From Antedon mediterranea (lineage: Eukaryota; Animalia; Echinodermata), in contig NC_092677.1 of NCBI RefSeq assembly GCF_964355755.1, positions 27,639,175 to 27,703,174 on the forward strand: DNA of 64,000 nt, written 5' to 3'. The notes beneath the pieces were generated by a model. That model had not been told where the DNA came from. It ran no database searches and saw only the letters and a list, made by a program, of their open reading frames with translations. A program made the translations under genes and the position numbers. Each line of letters opens with the position of its first letter. The stretch's first letter is position 1. Shown one piece after another: positions 1 through 13,117 of this stretch.

Positions 1-1666
1 TATTGTACTTAAATAATACGTCAATTATATAAATAAAATATAGCCTCTAATTTCTCTTGTGTAATAAATAAGCATAGCCAGCTACTTCTGTTACTGTATT
101 TTCTTCCACCATTCTTAATAAGAAATCTATTATGAAATTGTTGCTGGTAAACCGGCTTAGGGTGAGCATTGAGTAGCATAGAACAGTAGTAGCGATATCA
201 AGGCCATCGTTCACAACAATGATAAGCTTTAGTATACCAATGTGTTTCTGGCCATTTTATAGAGATTTTTTTTTCAATATGAAATCATTGTTGGAAGAAG
301 GACTTGTTTTTTATAATAGATTTTCCTAAGCAGCTTAGCGGAACATATGTATGGCGTAAACACTTCGTAATATGTAATATTAAATGTTCGATTTATTTTG
401 AATGTTATCATGTTGTAATAATGTTAACCCAATATTTACCTCAGCATTCCAGGAAGAGGCCTGTTACAAAAAACTAAGTCTAGACAAAAGGTTATGTGAG
501 TTCATGCTATGTGTATGTAATAATATCGCCTCTATTGTCTCTCGTTTATGCAATAAGCACTCCATGCGTGCGAACGAATTGGCATAGCGCCATCTACCAC
601 CCACGTTCGCTAGAATGTTTTTTTCCCAGGCGCCAAATTTAAACGGAGTAAGTACGGTCTGTGATTTAGAAAAGTACCAAATTTGAGGTTTATTCATGCT
701 TTTTTGGTATATTAGTATTTTTTACATACATCATTTGACATTTTGCTTCATAATAGACAATCTAAACCACAATTTTTTTTTAATAAAAAAAAAAATTATC
801 TAACTTATAATTTATATACATGTATTTTTTGTGTTTTTTTAAAGGAAATGTGTTTTTGATTCATAAAGTCCCTGGATAATCACTCACATGATTCATGTAT
901 CACTCACATGATTCATGTATCATTAAATCTGCTGACATAAAGCAAATCACCAAGGTCAAAGGTTATGACCATATGTTGGTTTTGAAATGATTGTTGTGCT
1001 TCTCAGTTATCTATTGTTATCAAATTGATATATTATAATTCCAATAAATTCTTAGAACTTGTCAACTAATGTAGCAAGAATGTGATTACACCTGAGGGAG
1101 GCACAGAAGACAAAGAACCTCAGTAAATCACCTGATAAATCACTCACTTCATACCAATAAATAATAATGCCATTACCCACAGTAACATTTTTATTAATTT
1201 CAACAGATTTTATGATTTTTTATAATTTTAATAATAAAAATGTAAATTTTCCAATGTATCCACAAAAAATGTAAATTGTGTAAACGTAAATCATGTAAAG
1301 CTTGAAAATTAAGTTTGCGACAGGAAAGAGCTGGTTATGTGGCGAGGCCCGTAAAGGGTGATACTGAAGGCTGCCCAGGGATTAGTTGGGATGCTGATGG
1401 GTGGAAAACCAATGCAATAAATTGCTGATGTCAACAACAACAAAATATGAAAATTGACAACAAACAATGTCATTAGTTTTGGATTTGTTTTAAACATATT
1501 CCAGGTTGTAGTTTAAAATATTATTTTTTCATGAATATGATTAGAAAAATGAAGATTTACTCATTTACAGAATGTTTCTTAATGTTATTAAATAATGATT
1601 GAGTAGATATAGTAAATTATATTTCAATGTCTTTGTGTAAATGATTTAAATATTATAATATATTTA

Positions 1667-1817
1667 AGCTCTGTCTACACTATCAAACAATGTGATGTGC
1701 CCAGCCCATATACTGTATGAACATGATGTCATATTACTACCATATAGGGGTTCATCACTACCATATTTGAGCACATCACAGTTTTTTGTCAAACTAGTTT
1801 GATAGTGTAGACACAGA
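1667..1817. mobile_element. MITE family A (PIF/Harbinger-like non-autonomous element)
   Basis: Terminus AGCTCTGTCTACACTATCAAAC and degenerate reverse complement GTTTGATAGTGTAGACACAG; related copies at 31717, 32947, 34910, 36279. Confidence 0.75.
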
Positions 1818-2209
1818 TGTAGGTCCCAATCCAATACTGATGGTATACATCCTAATATCCAAGCTCAACAACTGCAATAGTTCTGCCGAATGCGATAACA
1901 ATTCCTGGATGTCCCTCATCCACCACCTTATTTAAAACTATTACAATAATATTAGTTCTGGTGCAGTTTTGTTTACCAAGCAACACACAAAATATTGATT
2001 GTAAGACTTGTAATATTGGGTTTGGTTTTTCAGAAATTATATACCAATTACTCTGTATTATTAACTCAACTAAAATTGGCAAAACAAAACAAACCCGCTG
2101 TAGAAGATATGTTCAAGCAAAAACAAAGACCTGTGTGTGTGATTAATATAAAATTCTTATTTATTTTTCTATTGATATTCATATATACAACGTACACATT
2201 ACATGTTAT

Positions 2210-2371
2210 ACAAATAATGAATGTTTATGAGTGCAATGGTACAAATAATGGCACGAGGTGAATGATGAAAGGTTATATCAACGAGGCAAAGCCGAGTTGA
2301 TATAACCTTTCATCATTCACCAAGTGCCATTATTTGTACCATTGCACGAATACAAAACATTCATTATTTGT
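2210..2371. repeat. Long near-perfect inverted repeat (foldback element)
   Basis: Arm ACAAATAATGAATGTTT...GGTGAATGATGAAAGGTTATATCAAC and its reverse complement flank a central GAGGCAAAGCCGA. Confidence 0.85.
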
Positions 2372-3273
2372 TTTATATAACATCTAAATAACAAACAAAA
2401 ATGTTTCAAAAAGTACTATTTAACGATCGTTGAATAGTGCGTACTATTGCACGCCATGTGACCCACATTCGTCCAATCAAATGACAGGAATTTATATAGG
2501 TGTTATATAAAATTGTTTGTTTTATCCCCATTACAGTTCGAGTCATTGATTATGCATGGTACAATGTAAATTAAAATGCCTTTATATAATATATGAAATC
2601 ACATGATCCATGTGGCAGAGATAAGTACAGTTTCTTTCAGTAATTTTAATAACATTTGCACTGCAAGAGGGATGTCAGAGGTCGGAACACTATTTTTATG
2701 CATAAAACCTAATTATATGCATATTTTTGTCGAATCCAAGAACACACAATCAGTAGAATACCAGTATAATATCATTACTTTTAATAGATTATTATTATTC
2801 TACGATTCCTTGCAGCTCAGGCAATTATATGTTGTAGTTTATTCAACCTCCAAATATTTATTCAGTATATTACTTTACATTTCAGCCTTATACATTATTT
2901 TAATGATCATGTGAATGTATCTCTAGTATTTGTATTATAGTATTTCTCGTACTCATTATTATCTTATTACTATATATTATTTATTAAAATTCATTGTTTA
3001 TTTTTATTATATTTATTTTTATGTTCCTGGGTTAAAAAATAATTAGATATTTTTTGTTTGTATGGTTTTGATGAATGCAATGTTTACGAGCATTTTCTGC
3101 TGATGTAAATGTGTAGTTTCAATAAATTATAATAGCATCATAAAGATATACTTTTAACCCGTGTATTGGAGGTTTAGTCTCATCTATAGATTTCTATGGT
3201 ACAGTAGTGTTATATTCTTGATATGGCAATTGGTGTATTCAATTGTTGAACGGTTGTTAACAGTATTAACTTA

Positions 3274-3526
3274 AATATGTATTGTCCCCCAAAAACATGA
3301 AAAACACTTTGAATAAGCCATTTTGCAGTTTTAATAAAGTTAATAACTTCTGTAGAAAAAAGAACCAACAAAAATAATTATTTCACTTATAAAAAGTCAA
3401 AAGAAATGGTTAAGTTTTTCAGGAAAATCATTTTTTTTTCCATCCAGTTTTTGGTCAAAGTGAATAACTGTTATGTGACATTAAAATGGCATATTAAAAA
3501 AAAATGTTTAAAAACAATATATCTTT
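3274..3526. mobile_element. Degenerate copy of Kolobok-like MITE family C
   Basis: ATGTATTGTCCCCCAAAA...TTTTGGTCAAAGTG..TAACT...ACAATATATCTTTAA is homologous to 31199-31529. Confidence 0.7.
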
Positions 3527-3704
3527 AACGTTTGTTAAATGTATGAAATACAAAATACTGAATGGAAAGAATCAAATACGGTAAATGCTATTTCACCATC
3601 AAAGGCAATAAAATTGCATTTCTTGGTGTAAAAAACACAGATCAATATATTTTTCATTCTATTTTTTTTAGAAATATTTCATTAATTAATATTTGAAGCA
3701 TAAT

Positions 3705-3805
3705 CACACGCTACTACTTGCACAGATCTTGGAAAACACAGCGCTTTGAAACCTTTGTCTCTTGCGCTTTATAAATGTTATTTATTATTATTATTATTAT
3801 TATTA
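3705..3805 (+). mobile_element. 3' tail of an L2/CR1-type LINE or derived SINE
   Basis: AGCGCTTTGA...GCGCTTTATAAAT followed by (ATT)n, typical of L2-clade 3' ends. Confidence 0.55.
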
Positions 3806-4409
3806 AACATCATTACAAATTTTTGAATGAATGATAAAACATAAATTAAAGATAGTGTGGGCATTTCAGTTTTTTTTCATAATTTTAAACAATTATAATA
3901 TTTCATTTCTTATTTTAAAGGACCTTATTACGCCAGAAGAAGTTCAAGTCAAATTTAATTTACAAGTGAATCTAGGTTTTTCAACATCAAATTGTGTAAG
4001 TTTTTTTTTTCACTTTTGTTTGTATCTGGTATTAAGAGAGTACAAACTGGAAACAATAGGTGAAGAGGTCAGAAAGTGAAAATTCTCAACAAGGTCACTT
4101 TTTATCCATTGAAAAATAACCCTTTGTAATATTCACTCCATCCAGATAAACCAGCTCAAAGCCAAATATGTACTGGGTCATAAAGATATCAATATTAGGG
4201 TGCGTTACAGGCAGTTTGTGATAATTTACAGCGATATGTTTGCTGATTAGTTTAAGGAAGGTGTGGCTTAATTGTTGAGGTTTGAGATGATGGTGGGAAC
4301 TTGCTTTAATTCAACAAGTTTGTAGAACTACAACATAAAAACACTTGTTATTAAAGTAGTGGGCTTGTAAATTGATTTAAAAGAACAAAACCAAAGAGAA
4401 ATCAAGTAA

Positions 4410-7400
4410 AATAAACATACAGACAAAGCTTTATTACATGATTTTCATCGTCAATATTATACAACAAACATTAATTTTTAATTCCATTTACAAATACAAG
4501 TTGCTAACAGAAAACTGCACTACACTACAACATTTTATAACCTATAGCAGAATATGACATAATTATCTTGATACCATAGATACTATACTATTGATAAAAC
4601 ATAAATCACCACTAAACCTTCACTACAACAATCTACTACATTCCATTTTCAACAGAGAAAATAAAATATATGTTTCAAAAACATTATCTTTTACCAACAT
4701 ATATCAATATTTTTATATTAAAATTTATACTTATTAACTTTCAATTTTATTATACAAGTAAATTGTCAATTATTATTATCATAATCTTCCTGCTTCAGTT
4801 TATTTAATCATAGTTTTAATAAAATACAATAGATTCTAAAATATTATATAAACTACAAAATAAAGAGGAGCTAAGGCCATACAATTTGGACCAAATCTAC
4901 CTTACACCATTATGCTATGGCTAATATATGTACCCCAAACTTAAGCAATAAGCATACAATCTTTAGTAGTAAGCGTACAAACTTGATACGTTATACAGCA
5001 AAGAATCTATAAATGGTGCACTTTTGCATGGAATAATTTGCAACACAGTAATTGTTTACATAGGGTTCTGGCTTGTTGCATTGTTAGTAGACACGGCTGG
5101 TATAATACAAAATGGATGCTGATCATTGTGTGCAATAAATTATTCTTCAATGAATGTATCACCATCAGTTTGCAGTGATACATGATTTACTGACAAAAAT
5201 GGAAGATTATACACTCTGTTACATTATATGCTGTTCTACAACACAACAATAATACTATTGTAAAATAGCAGTTTTCCCTGAATTTGACAAATGCATAATA
5301 TAACAGACAACATCCATTGATAAATTATCTTTGATAAGTTTATAAGAAACAACAAGATGTTTTAGTTAAGATATATAAGTGGTCCAGGACCATTTAAAAG
5401 CAACAATGATGATTGAACAAAGCGTTAACACACCTTAAAGGTAGTGACATGCAGACAGCAACAACATTTTATCCATAAAACCATTTTTATAAAAATGATA
5501 ACACCAATGTTTTACAGTTTTAATCTGTGTGGGAGAGCATGAGGTATAGATGGTTCTTTTACTGATTTTATCACATGTTTATGATCATGTGTATTGCTAC
5601 AAAACATTGCATAAAGCTATTACATGGCATGAATAATCACAAAAATTACATCTAAGTATGGACCTAAAATTTAAGTCCTATACACTAAGTAAAAATAGCT
5701 TAACATTAATTTGTGAATAATTAGCAGTGTTCTTAATTCAAGACAAGCAAATCTAGAAGCTTGGAGTATATAATAAATATTATTTAAATTAAAACATTTT
5801 ATATGCAGCTGGTGCAATGATGGTGCAAACTTATCTGTTCTAAGTACCTGTACTTAAGCACCACATGATTTTGTACAAATGACTGATTTTAGAAAACATT
5901 GTTAGCGTTTTCCATTTTTACCTTTCAACAATTTTGTTTCTTATGAAAAATACAAATGTAGCCCAGATTTTACCTTTAAGATCATATTCTACATATAATG
6001 TCAACAATATATATAACTATTATAGAAGATATTTACAGTAAAGTTGAATTCAATCTTTAGGTCAAGATTGTGAGTGGCTTCACAAATGCAGTTGGTAGCC
6101 TACTGGCAGCCAAATGTAGGTCAGATTCTTTTTTTGTCACTATTCAACAACAAAAAATCTAGAAGAATGTGCTGTTGATCAAATTACTAGAATTATGACC
6201 AAGGGCACGTATTTATTAAGACAAATATCAAGAAAGAATATAATCCTAGGCCAAAGATCTGAGTCATAAAGCAAGACTGCTTTGAATTCTAGCCCAAGAA
6301 AGGAAATTCACTAGCCTGATAAAAGGAAATTGTAAAACAGAAAACAGGCCTACAACAAACCATCTCATGGCATTCAAAGAAACAAATCTACTACCTACTG
6401 TAAATGAATACACAAAACATATTTTACAACAGCTTTTAAGCCTGATTTTGATTCCTATATATAGCATATTATAAACATTTTTTTTTAAATAAAAAAGGCA
6501 ATTTCTTAGTTTCCATAGTCATTGAATAACCGTTCTCAAACTGAAAGATCTACCATCTTTTGTACATTACTGGCCTTTTGCATTTGTGCCTATAACTCTA
6601 ATTCTAATATTAATTTGTCCTGTACTATCATTCTAATCAGTAAAACAATTACTGGCCAACACAAACCATAAATTCTACATTAGCACTTAATTACAAAAAT
6701 CTCATTCTTTTGGAAATCAATTATCATTTGAAACGATAAAAATTTGGAAATCATTGGGAAGAAAATGGGAGTAATGTTAATATGGTTCACAGTTTAAAAT
6801 GTATTCATTTTCAATGTCCTAAATCAATTTACTAATGCACTACACCTATAAAAAGAAGATGATGCAATGTTTAACCTAATATTTGAAATGATTTTAACTT
6901 TCAAATCTAGCCTATATTTTAGTTAAATTGTACATAAAATAAACACCAAATAGCAATATAAAGTATATTAATATAATATTTTACTGATAATATTAATAGT
7001 TTTGAATGATTATAGCTTGTAACCTGTTTGCCTACAATGTCTTGCTAGAGAAGCTGCCAAAATTGTAGCTAAATTGTACATAAAATAAACAGCAAAAAGC
7101 AGTAGATATGATATTATTTGTACAGTACTAACATTAAGATAGTACACTTGTCAAGCGAAGCCTTTTGCCAGCAATGACCTAACAATGTTTGCAATCTTAT
7201 TCAGCCTCCACCGACCTTGATGCAATGAAATTGTTGCAACATAGGCATGGTCAGTGTGTACAATTGACCTTGCCTGATCTCCTGGGTCAATGTCCATTCT
7301 GTTTACAATCGTAAAGCTGGTCATTGTAAGCTTTTTGCAAATAATTATGAAAGGAGTTGTTGGTTGAACTATTCACTAAACAGAACTACAGTCGTTTTGT

Positions 7401-9970
7401 TTACAAATATATCCATAGCCTCGCTTTTGTAATTATCTTTGAAACCTCTGAAGTACATTTTACTTACTACTTGCATTATCATAAATTTTATAAAATATAC
7501 ATAAACATTTATAAGCTGTGTACAAGTACATTCATAACAAAATTGTGCGCTTGTCTTGTGTCAAACACAAACATTATTGAGAGTACAGTATATATATGAA
7601 TGATTTACACATGTGACTGTTATATAAGAAATGAATTATTGGGCATAAAAATTAAGTTCATCCAAGGAGAAACTAATTCCGCATTGGTTTAAACGAGATA
7701 AAAACAGAATATAATGAATACATTAACTGGTGAAAAGCATCATTCTTAAATCTTAGTGGTGGAGGACTACTTTGGTTCAATTATAGATTTCTCATTTCTT
7801 TGTAGAAATCAAGGTAAGAATAGCTAATGTTACAGTAATCTTTTTCTAGAAAAATAGGCCATTTACATACAGTATATAGTATATTCATTTAAATTCATTA
7901 TTAAGATTAAAAGTTCAGCTAACAAAAAGGCAACTTACTAATATAAAAAGGCACTTTACTGTAAACAAAAAAAAGAAGAAACTATGCATGTATTTACCAA
8001 GTTATTACTAATATAAAGATCCATAGTAGTACACTAAGTATGTATACAAACTACACTAAGAAATTAACAATTTCATTAAAAAAAGAAATACTGTAGTTTG
8101 TTCAACCATATATTAAGAAATTGTGACATTTACCATGGTAAGGTTACCAAGAAATGAATCTAGACATTTATATAATATATTAATTGTATTTTTCTTTAAA
8201 ATTCTCTAGGCTTGGATTTACTTTTGTCAACTTTGTTAGTTAAAATACAAAATATTTATGGACAAATTTTCCCTGAGTACACAAGTTAGAGACGTGTTTG
8301 GTTCGAGTTACAACAAAAACGGTTTAGTACAACTTCAGAAGCGAATTTTAAGCAAAATAACAACAGATTTAACAATTGAATGAGAATAAAAATAAACTTC
8401 TGTGAAAAAGTTAACAGAAAGGTTGGGTAAAAAGCAGTTTATACAAGGAATCCTAAAAATAACTTGGAATTATTTTGTGTCACCTCCATTTATCTTGCTG
8501 AAATACGGTAATGAAAAAAAACCAAAACAGTGCTGTAAATTGAGGTGGACATTTTTGGATAAGTTTTCTTTAAGCTGATTTTATCTGTGAATACTTGGCA
8601 CAGTAATAAATAATATTTAAAATATTGTCATTACTTTTGACAAGGATAACTGGAAAATAGCATGGAATGACTTGGCGAGATTTGAACTATACTTGAACTC
8701 TGGCCAATTACCAGTCACTTATCATATGAATATTATTTTCCTGAAAATCAGAATCACACATACAGTAGTATGTGAATCATAAATTGACCTTTGACCTGAA
8801 TATTATTGTTGGGATTACATTTACACATAAGTTTATTCATAGATATATTTAAAATGGTTTCAGAAAAAACAAAAAAATGATATGAATTTGATAAAAAAGA
8901 CCTGAGAATGCTAGACTTATTAAGCACATTTGTTTAAGTGTTTGAGGTAAAATGAACACTAACATTTATAGATGAGGTACAATAATTGATTAAAACCTGA
9001 ATTAGTATTACTATATTTTATGGAAGAATAATATAATCTGTAAAAAAAAGGCCTATTATGCATAATTTCCACTATTTTGAATGAGGCATTGTGGGATATA
9101 CATTTTTCTATACTACTGTATTTAATTAAATAATAAATTTAGTTGCATAAAACAGAACACAATTACTATATCATCTTATTTGATTACTGTACGAATTTGG
9201 ATAAATCATTTGTCGGAGTAAAGTCTTCCACTTTATTACAGAATTTTACTGGTCTTCTGATATTAAAGATATTAAAAAATGAAGGTGTGTCACTTAGCAC
9301 CTAAATATAGGAAATGGTTATTTTTTATAGAGGTAATGTAGTTAATATCAAAACACTAAAAACAAAAACATGGGACACTTAAATACCTCTGTAAAACAGA
9401 GGCTCTTAGTCTAATTTACTACTTTTAAAATAAAAAATATTAATATTAAGCTATTATTTTATTTTACAAGATTTATTATATTCTTGATTAAATCACTAAT
9501 TTACAAGAAAACAGCCAAAATTCACATCACATAAAATCTGCAGCAATTAGAAAAAAAAAATTGTTTGATATAATAATCATTCGAGTGACGTTTGTACACA
9601 ACAACAGACCCTGAGATACGACATGCGATCAGCCTATGCATTTCACTACAAATCACGAAATACCTGAGGTAGATTTTTTTTTAGAATAAAATACGCAATA
9701 ATCAATTTTAGTAACTCTGTTGCATTTTTTTTTAACATTTTAACTTGGCAACATTTTATTTGTATTTGGCATTAACATGAATTCTACACACCATCAACAG
9801 AAGCTGACAACGCCAATTTAAATGCTTGTAGCATCGACATATACAACAACAACATTAATAATTAACATACACAAATTTTAGCGTGTTGTAGAGAAATGCA
9901 TATTAAGTTAGACGCATGTTTTCATTATTTACACATACTGCCTAAATCTACTAAGATTTTTTTACCCGTA
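4410..9970 (-). promoter_or_regulatory. Probable long 3'UTR of TRIM71 with let-7 and miR-125/lin-4 seed matches
   Basis: Largely repeat-free AT-rich tract after the stop; minus-strand AATAAA at 4430-4435 followed by a U-rich tract; + strand TGAGGTAG 9665, TGAGGTA 8943/8973/5540, TCCCTGAG 8270, CCCTGAG 9609, TCCCTGA 5275. Confidence 0.65.
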
Positions 9971-12421
9971 TTAAAAAATTTGCACACGATTATTTCCAAA
10001 GTCCACAACAATAATATAGCCATCTGGAGAGACACATATCCCTGAGGGTCGATCGAGTTCACCGAGACCGGAACCTGGAGATCCAAATCTGCACAAGAAC
10101 GTACCGTTGGGTTGAAACACTTGAATACGATGATTACGAGAATCTGCCACGATGATGTTGCCCTCTTGATCCACACAAACACCTTGAGGACGGAGGAACT
10201 GGCCGATGTTGCTTCCTTCCGAGCCGAGAAAACGAGCAGACTGAAAATCTGGAAAATCAGGATTTATCACGAGCAAACGATGATTATTGAAGTCGGTTAC
10301 AATAATTTGACCTTCAGGGTTAAACGCCACACCACGAGGAGAATCAAAATGTTTCCATAGAGCACCATCGAATCCGTACTTATTAATAAATGTCCCGTCG
10401 TTATTGAAAATTTGAATACGGTGGTTGCGGGTGTCGGACACCAGGATTTTTCCGTCACGGTTACAAGCAGTGTCCCATGGGTAGTTAAACTGTCCATTTT
10501 TGCTTCCTTTCTCTCCAAATTTAAACAAAAACTGTCCTTCGAAAGTGAATACTTGAATTCGATGGTTATCTTTATCGGCAACAATAATCTTCTCTTCAGG
10601 ATCAATGGCTACTCCAGCTGGTCTATCAAATTGACCGTTTCTTGATCCAGCCGTACCGAATTTTCGCAAAAACGTACCATCTGGATTGAAAATCTGAATA
10701 CGGTTGTTGCTACGATCAGCAATAATCAGATATCCATCTTTGTTTGTTGTGATTCCCCACGGCCGGCAGAGTTCACCATCCCCTTCACCTTCACAGCCAA
10801 ATTCTTTTTGGACCACGCCAATATTTTGATAACTGCGACCCATTCTCACATTAACGGTGAAAGGACTCTCACGAATATGTCTCCCTCTTATTGTAACAGA
10901 CACACTATGTGGCCCTTCTGTTTGCAGCCGGTAACTTATTAGATAAGTTCCATTTTCACGATCTAGAACATCTGTGGGGTATATTCCTCCGTCGGGGCCT
11001 TGTAGAACCACAACAACCGGTTCACCGCCTGTGAACGAGGCTTCGCTGTTATGATCTCTGGCGTGAACGAGAAATGTGCTGAGTTTACCAAGTAACGCTC
11101 GTTTTAAGCCATCACCGGTAGCAATGCAATTTGGAGCGTAAGCACTGCTGCTGACAAACCCTAGGGAGGATATAGCAGTCTGCAAGGCTCCATCTGGTGG
11201 TGTAAACAAGATTGTATCATCCTCGTGAGGCTCAAGTAGATTTCGTAGACCTCTCATCGTTTGCATTTGCTTCACCATTCGATCTTTAGCTTTCAGGATT
11301 GCAATGTCATTTCCACTTTGCATAGCGCCCTCAACTGATTTGATAGAATCCAATATTTTATCCAACCCTTGGCGTAATTCTTCACCTTGAAAATTCAATG
11401 CTTTTTCTTTAACTTTTCGAATTTTATCAACTTTTAGTAACAAATCTCGTTGCCGTTCTTCCAATGCTGTCATGTGTCTCTTAATAGTGGTTTTTACTTC
11501 GTTAACGATCATTTGCGAATGCATCTCAACTCTGTCCGCCATACTTTGTGCCGAGTTAATACTGTCCTCCAAAGTCCTGATGCTGTTGTTTGCTTCCATT
11601 AGTAACCGTTGCGTTATCACTTTGCTGTTTTGCACCGCGTCTTGAAGATACACACAATTGTGACCTCTGTGTTCTTGCATAGTGCATTCCCGGCATATTG
11701 CCATCGAGCAGGTATCACAATAAAGACGGACAACTTCATTTGTGTGGACGTCGCAATAACTAACAGTTTTGTCAAAATTCGGCTGATGGATGATGGAATT
11801 ATAATTTGGCGAGTGTACGGGGCTTTGGTTTTGTTGGCCGTGATCGTTAAAATAATCATCTAAACGACAAATATTGTGATCTTTTGTCATTCGTACCCGT
11901 CGGTGAGCGTGCACGCATCGATCGCAAAGCTGTTCTTGGCATTGCCGACAAATGCAAGTTGCGAGCTGTTTATCCTCGCAGGATTTACAAAGATGGAAAT
12001 CATTTATATCCTTATCATCTTCTTGTCCAACAACACCTAGAATATTATTGAGTATGAGATTTGATGTTAAAGAATTAAGTCCCAGTTCACCCAAAGGTGT
12101 TTCATGAGAACACAGTGGACATTGGATTCTATCTGGTTCCCCTAGCCTTTGTGTTAAACAATGTTTGCAAAACGTATGCATACACGGCAAAACCCTCACA
12201 TCATACACGTTGTGGAACTGTTCTAGGCAAATACAACACATCTGCTCTCCTCCCAGCATACGATCCTTCGACGACCCACCAAAAGCGGCCATTATTTGGC
12301 GATTGGGATTTAAACATGAGTGTGTCTTTCCTACATCAAAAGTATCTTTCTGTATAAATGCTGGTATCCACTCACTTTCGACTTGCTTGCTTGTTTCAGA
12401 GCCTGTTGAGGTGCAAAACAT
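9971..12421 (-). CDS. TRIM71: E3 ubiquitin ligase / RNA-binding protein TRIM71 (lin-41), single coding exon
   Basis: 816-aa ORF with RING (CCICLEQF..LPCMHTFCKHCL..CPLC), two B-boxes, coiled coil, filamin repeat and six NHL repeats ending DFGNNRVQIF; the true start may be the ATG at 12292 (MAAFGG, strong Kozak context). Confidence 0.93.
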   Translation of the reverse strand: MFCTSTGSETSKQVESEWIPAFIQKDTFDVGKTHSCLNPNRQIMAAFGGSSKDRMLGGEQMCCICLEQFHNVYDVRVLPCMHTFCKHCLTQRLGEPDRIQCPLCSHETPLGELGLNSLTSNLILNNILGVVGQEDDKDINDFHLCKSCEDKQLATCICRQCQEQLCDRCVHAHRRVRMTKDHNICRLDDYFNDHGQQNQSPVHSPNYNSIIHQPNFDKTVSYCDVHTNEVVRLYCDTCSMAICRECTMQEHRGHNCVYLQDAVQNSKVITQRLLMEANNSIRTLEDSINSAQSMADRVEMHSQMIVNEVKTTIKRHMTALEERQRDLLLKVDKIRKVKEKALNFQGEELRQGLDKILDSIKSVEGAMQSGNDIAILKAKDRMVKQMQTMRGLRNLLEPHEDDTILFTPPDGALQTAISSLGFVSSSAYAPNCIATGDGLKRALLGKLSTFLVHARDHNSEASFTGGEPVVVVLQGPDGGIYPTDVLDRENGTYLISYRLQTEGPHSVSVTIRGRHIRESPFTVNVRMGRSYQNIGVVQKEFGCEGEGDGELCRPWGITTNKDGYLIIADRSNNRIQIFNPDGTFLRKFGTAGSRNGQFDRPAGVAIDPEEKIIVADKDNHRIQVFTFEGQFLFKFGEKGSKNGQFNYPWDTACNRDGKILVSDTRNHRIQIFNNDGTFINKYGFDGALWKHFDSPRGVAFNPEGQIIVTDFNNHRLLVINPDFPDFQSARFLGSEGSNIGQFLRPQGVCVDQEGNIIVADSRNHRIQVFQPNGTFLCRFGSPGSGLGELDRPSGICVSPDGYIIVVDFGNNRVQIF

Positions 12422-12780
12422 GTCTTAAACCAGGCCACCGTACTCACCCCTTTTCTTGCATTGAAAGCACTTCTGCCAGTAAAAAATTCGTACAAATGAA
12501 AGTGAAGATTGGCGCAGTCGTAGTTTGCGTTTTGGTAGACTCTTATCCAGTTAGTCCCATAGAAACAACTAAATCAAAAACAGCATTCAGTCACTCGAAA
12601 ATAAAGCGATGTGCCAATTTACATTTAATTTACATGTGCAATGTTCATTTCATTGAAATTATATAGATTCGTTATTGCAAATTGATAAGACGCTGATGTT
12701 TTAATAATGTAATCACCTAAAACGGCTGACACGCGTCCAAAGCCTTACGTAACCAGGTCACAGCCGTCTCTGGTTTTAGG

Positions 12781-13117
12781 CGGTCAATGACCTTTGAAAA
12801 GTCCTATTAGAATATTTTAACTATAACAAAGATTGGTAGGATTCTTTAAAACAGAAAAAAAATAAGGTAAAATGGTGAATTAGCAATACGTTGGTTGCTA
12901 TATAATTTAATACACGCCTTTCCGGTACAGCACCTACCGACACGCGCGCGAGGGATACGGTTACGCATACGCGGTACGCGCTTCCGATTACAGAAAAAGG
13001 TAAAGTTTCATCAAATCATGATGGCGCCCTACACAATTTTATTTATAAATACATCCATCAATTTTACTTTGTTTTGCTTTTTTTCGCGTGCATGTTTGTT
13101 TTCTGGGTCATTGACTT
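12781..13117. promoter_or_regulatory. Two IR1-type nuclear receptor elements upstream of TRIM71
   Basis: CGGTCAaTGACCT at 12781-12793 and GGGTCAtTGACTT at 13105-13117, in a CpG-enriched upstream region. Confidence 0.4.

Noticed and set aside
440-4000. Exon-like fragments on the + strand (~445-490, ~1324-1430, ~2034-2140, ~3921-3995)
   Set aside because: Plausible AG/GT ends, but I could not assemble a consistent frame or recognise a protein family
8785-8797. Perfect DR1 element TGACCTTTGACCT
   Set aside because: Similar strings recur near 952 and 16479, so it looks like a common genomic motif rather than a specific signal
10112-12666. Antisense and alternate-frame ORFs overlapping TRIM71
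   Set aside because: Short shadow ORFs of a real coding sequence with no motifs
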